A stretch of DNA of 63,293 nucleotides, the filler included, from Octopus bimaculoides (Eukaryota), in NCBI RefSeq assembly GCF_001194135.2. It is 7 parts of 7 records of this genome, joined end to end, with 100 filler letters (N's around TTAATTAATTAA, not from the genome) between each part and the next. Parts side by side here need not be neighbours in the genome. Positions count along the whole stretch, not along the records: positions 32,007 to 57,636 come from NC_068981.1; positions 57,737 to 62,064 come from NC_068983.1; positions 62,165 to 63,293 come from NW_026365780.1; 4 more parts are not named here. The stretch is one strand, 5' to 3'. The notes under the pieces are model-generated. The model was given only the letters and a program-made list of their open reading frames with translations. It searched no databases and had not been told where the DNA came from. Of this stretch, positions 51,951 to 63,293 are shown piece by piece. Position numbers and translations under genes: made by a program. Within the stretch, counting starts at the first letter, position 1; each line of letters begins with the position of its first letter.

Positions 51951-53082
51951 GATAAATTTCTTCAGCACTTTTTCTTGCTCTAAACCAGATTTTTCATCAT
52001 CACTATAATATAAAATGTTAGGAAATGACAAATTTTTTTCCTTCCTTTTACTTCAAGGCTATTTTACATGGAGACATTGATTAACATGCAGGCTCATTCA
52101 TATTTAGTCACAAAAGTATAATAAAGACAAAGAAAGATAATGTTTTTTTCCTGACGCATGGAATTATTGTTCTACAATTATAAACTTGATACAAACCTCG
52201 CTACTGATGTCCTTGCTAGTGGTTCCTCTATAATATCTTCTCCACAAATCACAGGTTCATATTAAGCTTTTTGTATCACCCTGACACAATTCAATTGTAT
52301 TTAGGAACCAACAGCAATTAAGTGATTTTTAATGTTTTAAAGGAAAAGATTATGACTTCTACTTTTGCTAGTATTTAATATATTATAGCTGGCAGAATTG
52401 GTAGAACATCAAAGAAAACATCTTACATTAGTTATGTCTCTTAATGTTCTGTGTTCAAATCCTGCCAAGCTCAACTTTGCTTTCTAGAGTGGGAAATTTC
52501 AGTCAAGGATCTGTTCAGTATTTTCATGTCTGCTTTTTCTCTGCTGTATAGGTCAGACAAGACTTCTTGAGGTAGTCTTTTATGGCTGGATGCCCTTCCC
52601 GATGCCAACCCTTATTTGTTTTTCAAGTAAGGTGTCTTATTCCATGTCTCTACATGTTGAACTGCCACTGGATGTTATTTTTATGGGAGACATAAACTTC
52701 ATCACTGAAATATTATTAGTAGGTAAAGACACAAATATGCACACACATGCACATTATATATATGAAGAGCTTTCATACAGTTTCTGTCTATCAAATTTCA
52801 CACACTGTATTGGTCAGCCTCAAGCTATAATAGAAGACAAGATAGTATGCAACAAGATCAAACTCAAAGCCACATAGTTGTGAAGCAAAATTCTTAATCA
52901 CTTAACCATGTCTATGGTTGATTTAGTCAGGAATTCCTTCATCAAAATGTGTGACCTTGAGCTTGTGTTAAAAATCAGTAATATAATTTTAACCATGAGT
53001 ATTAGTACCATTGTATTAATGGAAACTGGGCCTTTGAATATGTGTGTGACACATTTCTATCAATAAAGTCTCAATTCCTTAA

Positions 53083-53303
53083 CCCTTTCATTACCAACCC
53101 GGCTGAAACCGGCTCTGACTCTGTAGCACAAATGTTTTGTTTTCATAAGTTCTGAATTAAAATCTTCCACCAAATCTTAGTCACAATTCATGTTCCTAAC
53201 ACTAACTGAATGATAACTAAGTTATTTTACTAAATTCTTTGTTATATTTAAAGTAATTGAAAGAAACACTGAGCATCTCAAAATAAATACAGTAACGAAA
53301 GGG
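53083..53303. mobile_element. piggyBac-type MITE (221 bp)
   Basis: TTAA|CCCTTTCATTAC ... GTAACGAAAGGG|TTAA. Confidence 0.8.
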
Positions 53304-56300
53304 TTAAAGTTATTCCTGTCCATATTTTCTATTGCAGCTGTAACTTATGAGTGAGAGGAATATAAAAACATTGTATGATGGCTCCACTAATCAAAACATC
53401 TAATCTATCTGAAGTTGATACATCACACATAGTCATCATTCCACACACACACACACACACACACACATGCTTTCAGTAAGGTCACCATCCTATTCATACA
53501 ACACATGACTGATGTTTACACACAGATAACATAACCGAATAAACAAAGACAGCAACATACAAACACTCACCATCAAAACAACATTATTTTGACCAAAATA
53601 ACAACAGGAGTTAATCAGGGACAATGCCAATTCTTCATGGGACCCCTACTTTTTCATCACTAACTGCAATACCTTACTAATTCTTTACAACAGCATCTCC
53701 TGATGCACATTATATATGAAGCACATTCATTTAAAATCATTTATTTACCTTTTGTTCCTAAATACAAATACACAACTTTCTTCAGTGGAACCGAAAGTTT
53801 GATCAAAACTGCCTGAATGAAACTTCTCCAATTAAGAGCAAAATACTCAAATCCAATGACCATCAAGATATTTGAATTCATAACCACCACCCTATCATCC
53901 CTGATTTTAGGCAGCTCACAATCACATGATCAGAAATTTAAGATTAAATGTCACATGTTGATTTGTCATGGCAACTTAGAAGCATAACTGAAATCAAGAC
54001 CTGCCAGTAAATATGATAGCATTGGCAAGTAGTTGACAGAGGATTCTCATAATTGTATCCGTTTCAGATTCTCTTTCAGTAATTATCTGGGGGTTTTAAC
54101 TTCACTGTGCAGATGTAGCTGTGTGGTAAGAAGTTTGCATCGCAACTGTGTGATGCCTTGGACAAGTGTCTTCTATAGCCTTGTAGGTTGATTTGGTAGA
54201 CAGAAACTGAACAGAAGCTTGTTGTGTGTATGTATATATATATTATCATTCATGATCATCATCATCATCATCATATGTCTGTTTTCCATGCTGGCATGGG
54301 TTAAATGGTTTGACAGGATCTAGCAAGGCCAGAAGCTGTATCAGGTTCCAATTGTCTGTTTTGGCTTGGTTTCTACAGCTGAATGCCCTTCCTAACACCA
54401 ACCACTTTACAGAATGTACTGTGTGCTTTATATGTGGCACCATCATCAATGCTTTTCATGTGGCATCAGCACCAGTGTGTGTGACTGTCTCCTTGCCTTG
54501 ACTTCACGTGACAGTGTCACCATCATGCAAGTGGTGTCCTTTGTTTTCAATCTTCCATGAAAACATGTCTGGCCTTGAGAAAATAGTACCTTACTTGGAA
54601 ATAGGTGGGGATTGGTGACAGGAAGCACATCTGACCGTAGAAAATCTGCCTTGAAAAATTTTGTCCAACTCATGTGAGTTTGGGGAAATAGGCATTAAAT
54701 CAATGATTGTGTTGATGATTTTAACTTGTGTTCATGTAGGTTTTGTCAGTGTTTGTAAATTAATATGAGAAAATTTTAGAAATGTTTCTAATGATGTGCT
54801 TTAAATTTGGAGGGCTGTGTAGAAGAGTCGTAAAATTACCTGTTTGCATTGAGAGAGAAAAATTCTGATGGTAATGAAGATGAAAGAGAATTGGAGAAAG
54901 AAATTTATTTACTTTTCAGTAAAGTTTACTTAGATGAAGAGTGATGAAATGGGATTAAATCTAAGGATTGTATGTTAATGATAAGCTGGTGTAAAGATTT
55001 AGCAAGAAAATGTTTTACCTGCTAACCTAACCCAATCCATTAGCCTTTAAGGTCACTATCAGATGCTCACGTGCTAGAAATAGCTGCCAAAAAGGTTTCC
55101 CTTGGATCACATTTTGTCATCTTAAATAATGAAGTTCATGTTATATAAAAAAATTGGATGGCCATGACTGAAATGTCTTTGGTCATTGGTTTGTTCAGTC
55201 AGACAAGGAGCTAAAGAATAACCCAAGCATTCATTGACTGATAAATATAAACTGTAGAATTTTTTTTGTTTTGTCAATCAGGCGTAGGAGTGGCTGTGTG
55301 GTAAGTAGCTTGCTTACGAACCATGTGGTTCCGGGTTCAGTCCCACTGCGTGGCACCTTGGGCAAGTGTCTTCTACTATAGCTTCGGGCCGACCAAAGCC
55401 TTGTGAGTGGATTTGGTAGATGGAAACTGAAAGAAGCCCGTCGTAGATATGTATGTATATATATGTATATATAAAGTTAAAACTTACTTGCAAATGGACA
55501 CGTAGCATTCGATAATATGATAATACAAATGATATGTGAGCACATGTATGTATACATACATATATGTACATACCTACATCTACATGTATACATAGATGCA
55601 TATCCGGGTACATGTGGCTTGTCTGTTTTCCTATGTGTTCGTTCTGTTGTCCATAAAAAAAGTTCATTTTTTTGTGTTTTGTTTATGTTCCCGTTCCTTT
55701 TTTGTCCACGTTTTTTGACATCCTGTACCCGGANNNNNNNNNNCCCCCCCCCCCCCCCCACCAGCATCGCTTGACAACTGATGCTGGTGTGTTTATATGC
55801 CCGTAATCTAGCGGTTTGGCAAAAGAACTAATAGAATAAGTACTAGGCTTACAAAGAATGTCCTGGGGTCGATTAGCTCAACTAAAAGGCGGTGCTCCAG
55901 CATGGCCACAGTCAAATGACTGAAACAAGTAAAAGAGTATTATTCATCATCATCTTATCAACCCCTGACACTACTTTTAGTCCAAGGACTTACACAACCA
56001 GTTACTCAGTTTTCATGATGTATAAGTAACTGAGATCACTATATTCTCTCTGAAAGTGGTACCAGTTCATTGCAGAATTACTCTTTTACGGCTGAGTGGA
56101 CTGGAGCAACATGAAATGAAGTGTTTTGCTCAAGGATATAATGCACTCCCCAGTCCAGGAATTGAAACCATGATCTCGCAATCTTGTGTGCAATACCCTT
56201 CACTTCAGTAAAATACCAGTAGTATATTAGAGAAAGGATTAAAGTGGACCTAGGTGGAATTGCATTTAAAATTAACACTGTATACGAGGTTAGCAAGAGA

Positions 56301-57201
56301 AAAGCCTTCATGTGTAATTCATCTAACTGTCCAATTTATGTTTATGCTATCTATTTATTCCATAGTATTTACAACTCATCTGAAGAATACACAGATTCAG
56401 ATATGTAAATGATAGTCTTTGAGTACCCTAACTTTGGATTTATTGAGAGCAGAAAACAGCTTTCAGGCTTAAAAATGTAGAATCCAGACAAGTGAGGAAA
56501 AATTTTTAAATTCCTGGTTCAAGCCACAGTTTTTGGTATAGCATTTATGTTGTCTCAGCTGAGAATTGTGTTTACAGAATTTTGACTGACTGCTGTGTAA
56601 ATGGAGAGAAGAATCTGTTTATCAGCCTTTTAAAGCACATTAACACATTTTTAAACAAGGCACATTACTATATTTATCATTTTGCTATCCTACTTATTTC
56701 CAGTTAAAAATAAATATTGCTCCTATTTTATGGTTGGGTGGCTGGATAATGGTTGCAATGACATCTAACTTATAAAACACCTGACCTGACTACACATGAA
56801 ATATTTAAATTTGGTGACTTCTCCAACCTATACTAGCATGAGAAACAGGCAGACCTCAGCTTGCATCAGTAATTAGTTTCAAGATATGCAACTGAAGTCA
56901 TAAAATGACGTAACACAAAAAACATTTTAAAGAATTTATTAGTTTATATCTGTTTTACTAAATAGTTCATACATATTTTCACATGTAGTTTATTTGATTT
57001 TCCACTTCAGTATTGATTTTTAGATGTTTTTCAAATTTTTATGCTTTTAAATATGTTCACTGAAACTAACATAAAGTCAGATAAATCAACTGAAGTGGAG
57101 GTTCATTTTTTTTTTTTTTTCTCCCCATTATTTTCTCTTAAATATTATGTAAAGTTGGAAACGACATAACCCGAAATGACATATACCTATGCAGTGTTTA
57201 A

Positions 57202-57423
57202 CCCTTTAACATTTAAACTAGTCATATCCAGTTCGGATATTCTACTTGTTTTATGTTCAAACTGATCATATCCAGCTTCTCACACCTACCTTACTATGTC
57301 ATTGTAAAAATAACAATCACATCATCGAAATCTCAAAGCTATGACCATAGCACATGATTAAATGAAAAAACAATGTTAATAAATAAGCATTACATTTGAC
57401 AGAGTGATCTGAATGCTAAAGGG
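57202..57423. mobile_element. piggyBac-type MITE (222 bp), different family
   Basis: TTAA|CCCTTTAACATTTA ... TGAATGCTAAAGGG|TTAA. Confidence 0.8.
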
Positions 57424-57784
57424 TTAAGAAAGGATTTCTCTGATTCAAATGACAGGTATGCAAAAAAGGGTAGCATACTGATTAATGTAGAACAAGAGGT
57501 AATTGCTTCCAGTTAGATGAGATTGTCAGGTGATTCCTGGTTGAAACCGTTTCACTCCTTTTTAGGTTGTTTGAGTTCTTGAGAAAAGTATGAAAGTAAT
57601 ATATTCTGCCTATATATATATATATATATATATATANNNNNNNNNNNNNNNNNNNNNNNNNNNNNNNNNNNNNNNNNNNNTTAATTAATTAANNNNNNNN
57701 NNNNNNNNNNNNNNNNNNNNNNNNNNNNNNNNNNNNAGGGGAGGGGGAATTTTGGAGGTGGGGTGTAACTGTCCGGTTCAATCG

Positions 57785-57998
57785 AGGCGGCAAGCTAGTA
57801 GAAACGTTAGCACGCCAGGCGACATGCTTAGCAGTATTTCGTCCGTCTTAACGTTCTGAGTTCAAATTCCTCCGAGATCGACTTTGCCTTTCACCCTTTC
57901 GGGGTCGATAAATTAAGTACCAGCTGCGTACTGGGGTTGATCTAATCGACTGGGCCCCTCCCCACAAATTTCGGGCCTTGTGCATAGAGCAGAAAAGA
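57785..57998 (+). mobile_element. tRNA-derived SINE, well-preserved copy, with GCCTTTCACCCTTTCGGGGTCGATAAATTAAGTACCAG core
   Basis: B-box-like GTTCTGAGTTCAAATTCC followed by the core shared with the other copies. Confidence 0.85.
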
Positions 57999-58123
57999 AT
58001 ACGTACACCTTGTATCATTGAACTCGGAAGAGAAATTAAAAGAGAACCCTGTCAGGGTCTGAACTAAAACCATAAAGTATTTAGCATGGAGATGTACCAT
58101 TTCCGCTATCAATAATAATGATG

Positions 58124-58191
<68 letters not shown>

Positions 58192-58192
<1 letters not shown>

Positions 58193-58752
58193 GTCATGTA
58201 TTGAGAGGTATTCTAATGCCCTGAGCAGTAACAGGCTTCTCATCTTAACTGATTGGAAGTGTTATCATGTACATTTTGTTTTGCTATAAAAAATGGGCTA
58301 CAACAAATATTCTACTCAATACCATATATTTGTTTGTCAGCTGTTTGACCTTTACCAGTAGAGCATGTCCCTTCGTGGCAGACGATATGTGCATCTCTGA
58401 TCATGAGCAGGAGTAGTGGGAGAGCATCATAGCCATGTGTTGAGAGGAATTCTTTGGGGTTTGAATAATTCACCTTTGAAAACATGGGTGTTTTGTTCAT
58501 CATCCTTAAACAACCCTTATTCAGAGACCTTTTGAGTGGGTGGGCTACTCGACCTAAAGAAAATTCTAACTGGGCCTCACCTGCAAGGTCATGCACTGTT
58601 TATCTTGATATGAGATCACCATGTCACGCACATATGGTTGTGATGCATGTGCCTGGTGTACCCTTATCAGACGGGTAGTCATGATGGGTATACTGGGTTT
58701 CGTATATTTTACCCCAGTATCATTTTGATGGCATGCACTGCTCTCTTACTAA
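58192..58752 (+). mobile_element. ~560-bp non-coding interspersed element flanked on both sides by (AAT)n
   Basis: Complex sequence between two (AAT)n tracts, no convincing ORF, subterminal hairpin ATACTGGG...CCCAGTAT. Confidence 0.5.
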
Positions 58753-59366
58753 ATAATAATAATAATAATAGTTTTTATTAGCCACAACGTTATAAAGAGC
58801 TACCATCAAATTATATTGAGCGTAAAAGAAATGTTTAAAAAACGTATGGCGTGGGGAAAAAATAATCTAATGATGAATGAGGGTGAAAAGCATTTTATAT
58901 TTAAAGCGGAAACAAGGTAAAACATATTAACACAGATAATTACACAAAAATAAACACAAAAACTGGTCTAATTAAAACAAGGTATAATTAAATAGAAAAT
59001 AAGCAAAAAAGAGCAATTAGGTCTATCGCCTACACACGGTTAAGAAACCACTGAGCTAGATCGGGTTAACACCCCGAATTTCTAGGCGCCCATCGTTGTG
59101 CTTGTTTTTGTCTCGTTCATCCAAAGACACCAGTTAATGTTATTCGCTTGGTTAATTCCGCCGAGGTTGACTTTGCCTTTGAACCTTTCGGGATCAATGA
59201 AGTAAGTACCAGTTGAGCACTGGGTTGATGCAATCGACCCCAGCCAGGACTTATTTTTTGTAAGCCTAGTATTTATTCTATCGGTCTCTTTTGCCGAACC
59301 GCTAAGTTTTGGGGACATATACACACCAAAATCAGTTGTCACAAATACACACATAAGTATAAATGC

Positions 59367-59409
<43 letters not shown>

Positions 59410-59427
59410 TGTCTGTCTGTCTGTGTC

Positions 59428-59460
<33 letters not shown>

Positions 59461-60818
59461 ATTTATGTATGTATACAATAGACTTCTTTCAATTTCCGCC
59501 TGCCAAATCCACTCACAAGGCTTTCGTTGGCCCGAGGCTATAGTAGAAGACACTTGTCCAAGGTGCCACGCAGTGGGAATGAACCCTGAACTATGTGGTT
59601 GGGAAGCAAGCTTTTTACCACACAGCCACGCCTGTAAAAATGTTTGGGCCTGAGTTTGCACCCCTAAACAAATTTCGTTCTCGAGCCAGTGCTAAAGAGT
59701 TGATAAGATAATTACCAGTTGAGCACTGGGGGTCAATATAATCGACTTACACTCTCCCCCGAAATTGCTGGCCTTGTGGCTTCGGGTAGATAGCATTGTA
59801 CGTTGTCAGTATGCTCTTGTTTGCATTCTATTGTTGTCTTCGTATTTTCAACAACTTTTTCCTAGCGTATCCCCTACATTCTGACATCTTGGTTAGTTTT
59901 ACATCACAGGAATACTTCTTTTACAACAGACACATGATTTTGCCTGTCAGATGTTGGTTTGATCTTTGAAGGACGGTGTATCTTATTACAGCATCGCCCG
60001 CCTCTTCATCATTTTCTTGATCGATCTGAAGGGCCTCGTTGTCATATCAAGGACAGTCCTCTTTCTCACATATTTTTGTTTATGTTCTATAAGTTGTCCG
60101 ACCGCTTGCTTTTATAACCCATGACTTTATTTTGAGCTGGGGGGTAAATTCTTACTTTTTCTTGTTACTTTTTTTTAGATGGGACTTCGTCCCTACTCCC
60201 ATGTTTCCCTTTCAAAGTCTGACAGTTATTCTTGAAGTCTTATTCAACTTCCATTTCTTTCCCCAGGCTCCAAGACGATGAAGTTGCGCTAATATCAACT
60301 GGTACAGCCAGGAGACAAGTAATTTGTTCCCTAGTTTCCGAGATTTGGCACGAGTTAATTTCAGCCAATATCCGGAGCTATCACTGATGATGCTGAAGAA
60401 ACTAAGCTGTTCCTCTTTCCCATTTCTCTACCTCACCCCTGATTTTCACAGCTTTCCTATCTTCTTCTCTCTCATCTTTCCATTTCTTCAGGACTCTCAA
60501 GTGGTCTTTACCGCTACATGTTTAATAATTAGGTCTTCTATTCCTGCACAATCAGTCTCATACTCTTTGTCTCAGCACCCACAACAGAGAACAGCTCTCA
60601 AATATCCATGCGGCTTTCAGGGATCATCACAACTGGTAAATCCATCTTGACCTCCACTCTAAATCACGTCAATTCTGAACTCATCACCCATCCCATCGCA
60701 TTATGTTACAAAAGTGACTCTAGGTCACGGGTACACACTCGCCACCATCATCACCGCCATCATAATCATCATCCCCTCCATCACTGCCATTGCCATCACC
60801 GCTGCCACTACCACCACC

Positions 60819-60897
<79 letters not shown>

Positions 60898-61645
60898 GTA
60901 GTTTTGAGGGGAGAGGTTAGTCGAAACTATCGACATCAGAATTCGGTGGATACATTATTCGATCTCGGAGGAATGGAAAGTAAAGTTGTCTCCGGTGGAA
61001 TTTGAACGCAGACCATAAAAAGTCGGAAGAAATGCCGCTAAGCATATTGTCCGATGTGCAAAAGATTTTGCCCGCTCGCGGCTTTTGTTTGCAAATTTTG
61101 GCAGCAGAGCAAAACAAATATCAGATGTGAAGAAAACAGTCTTTGTTCTGGTTTTGTCCACCGCACTTCCTGAAGACTGTGTGCTGAGAATGAGGAGGAA
61201 AATGGAGAGAGCATGGGGCATGGAGGGTGGAGGAGAGGCATGCAGGAGGAGGAGGAGGGAGATAATAAAAAGGAAAGAGGAAAAAACGAAGAGGAGAGTG
61301 AGGATGAGGTAGAGGAGGAGGACTTTTAATAGCTGCTTTTAACGAGCGGAATGAGGTCAGAACTTGTGTCTGTTCCTATTCACTGTTAAAGTTTTACGAA
61401 AATATATAATGTGGGTTAATTACAAGAGCAGAAATAATTAATTAACATACGATCCTTAAAATGCGCAAACATGGCTGCATGATCAAACAGTTTATTTTGC
61501 TGCCACATAGTTTCAAGTTCAATCCATCCCGCTGCGCACCGAACCTTGGGTGACTTCTATAGTAGCCTTGGGCCGACAAATGCATTGTGAGTGAATTTGG
61601 TAGACTGAAACAGTCGTCTATATATATATATAGACGTCTATATAT

Positions 61646-61700
<55 letters not shown>

Positions 61701-61716
61701 TATGTATGTATGTATG

Positions 61717-61801
<85 letters not shown>

Positions 61802-62165
61802 ATGTATGTATACATATAGACACGCACACGAGGGGGTACTGAAATGTTTCTGGGTTTGGGTAAAGGAAAATACAGGAGGATCAATTAATTATGATTTTAT
61901 TCAACATATTCCCCTCTCGGAGTCACACACTTATTAAAGCAATCCTTCAGCTTCTTTTCTAAACCCTTTAAAAGAACTCGGAAGATTCGGCTTCCAGCCA
62001 GGCCTTTCGCGATATCTTTAAAGACAACAACATTTCAGCACTCCCTCGCAAATATACACACCCANNNNNNNNNNNNNNNNNNNNNNNNNNNNNNNNNNNN
62101 NNNNNNNNTTAATTAATTAANNNNNNNNNNNNNNNNNNNNNNNNNNNNNNNNNNNNNNNNNNNNA

Positions 62166-62902
62166 TTTATTCAATAGAATCGCCATTGGCTTCAACCACG
62201 GCCTCCAGACGACTGCGGAATCTCCTGCAACTCTTCTGGACGGCCTCATTGTTAAAGTTGGGGAATGCTGCCGTAATCCTTGCCTTCAGTTCATCTTTTG
62301 TGTTAGAAGGAGTTTTGTTGGTCTTTCACTCAACTGCACCCTCACATAATAATCAAGGGTGTTGCAGTCTGGGGAGTTAGGCGGCCAGATGTTAGGGGTA
62401 ATGTGGTCGCAGAAATTATCTAAGAGCCATGAATCGGTTCTCCTGCTTGTGTGGCATGGTGTAGAGTCCTGTTGACAAACATAGGGACTTTCAAAAGCAA
62501 CCCTCTTGATCCAGGGCAACTTTACCTTATGGAGGCAATTGATGTAGGCCTCCGTGTTGAGTGTGAGGCCGCGTGGAAAGATGAATGGAGGTATAACGTC
62601 ACCATCACTAGTGATCACTGCAAACACCATCATGTTGACTGGATGTTTGATTTTTATCACTCTCGGTAAATGTCTTCAGATTGACACCTAAATATTCTGA
62701 AATGTTCATATTGGAGCTTCCGGTGCGAATGCCCAGCGGTACAGCATGTTTTATCCAAACTTCTGGTAGAGTGAATTGCGTCATGGTGCAGTTTTTCTCG
62801 AAGACGGTGCACAACTGACTCTACTGTGTAAACGACAAAATCAAAAAATAAACAATGCGCATGCGCAAAATTAAATGACGACAATTTACCCATCGTACCC
62901 TG
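62166..62902 (-). mobile_element. maT/DD37D (Bmmar1-like) transposon, internally deleted
   Basis: TA|CAGGGT end at 62902; KHPVNMMVFAVITSDG; QQDSTPCHTS (D2); WPPNSPDCNTLDY (D3) with 37 residues between D2 and D3. The N-terminus is joined almost directly to the catalytic region. Confidence 0.85.
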
Positions 62903-62904
62903 TA

Positions 62905-62962
<58 letters not shown>

Positions 62963-63293
62963 CATACGTACATACACACACGTACATACATACATACATA
63001 CATACATACATACATACATACATACATACATACATACATAATATATATATATCATATTTACGTTGTCTGACTTCCTGCGTTTTCTTCATTCCTGTGTTCC
63101 ATACTCTGTATTTTGTATTCTATGTAAATATTTGTCCTAGCGTATATGTGTTTATCTGCCTTTGTGATTCCATACGAACTTGACAAAGGTCGTTCTTACT
63201 ATTAACTTTGGACGCCCGAAGCACCAGCACTGTATGTAATAGTTGGATGGTAAGTTTTCGTCTATGTGAGCACCACTCTGTACATATATATAT

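Noticed and set aside
60714-61005. Poly-His, poly-Ile and poly-Ser ORFs
   Set aside because: Translations of (CAT)n/(CAC)n microsatellites.

Overview
AT-rich, microsatellite- and transposon-dense eukaryotic nuclear DNA. The SINE/LINE repertoire looks like an octopus (cephalopod) genome; this is an inference from recalled repeat families, not a database hit. There are no prokaryotic features. Six ~100-N gaps carry a TTAATTAATTAA six-frame-stop linker and split the window into separately assembled pieces, so continuity across them is uncertain. Two host genes can be read directly. (1) A secreted chitin-binding peritrophin-A (CBM14) protein on + at 12408-12671, with a TATA-like/Inr core promoter and a displaced second cysteine; it is cut off by a gap. 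(2) The last five exons of an SLC22-type MFS transporter on - (29333 down to 19365); these splice in frame through GT-AG junctions and the usually charged TM10/TM11 substrate-site residues are neutral. The rest is mostly mobile DNA: R4/Dong, RTE, Tx1/L1, CR1/L2-like and Penelope retroelements, a Gypsy RT relic, three Tc1/mariner lineages (mariner, DD36E, DD37D), a Chapaev3-like transposon, hAT/pogo/piggyBac MITEs, a Helentron-type element and tRNA-derived SINEs. A ~280-bp near-perfect hairpin sits in a transporter intron. A CpG-rich island at ~42-45 kb, flanked by CpG-decayed DNA, points to one or two further genes whose coding exons I could not identify. Most long ORFs in the supplied track are low-complexity or N-gap artefacts. 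I found no clearly new multi-gene system.
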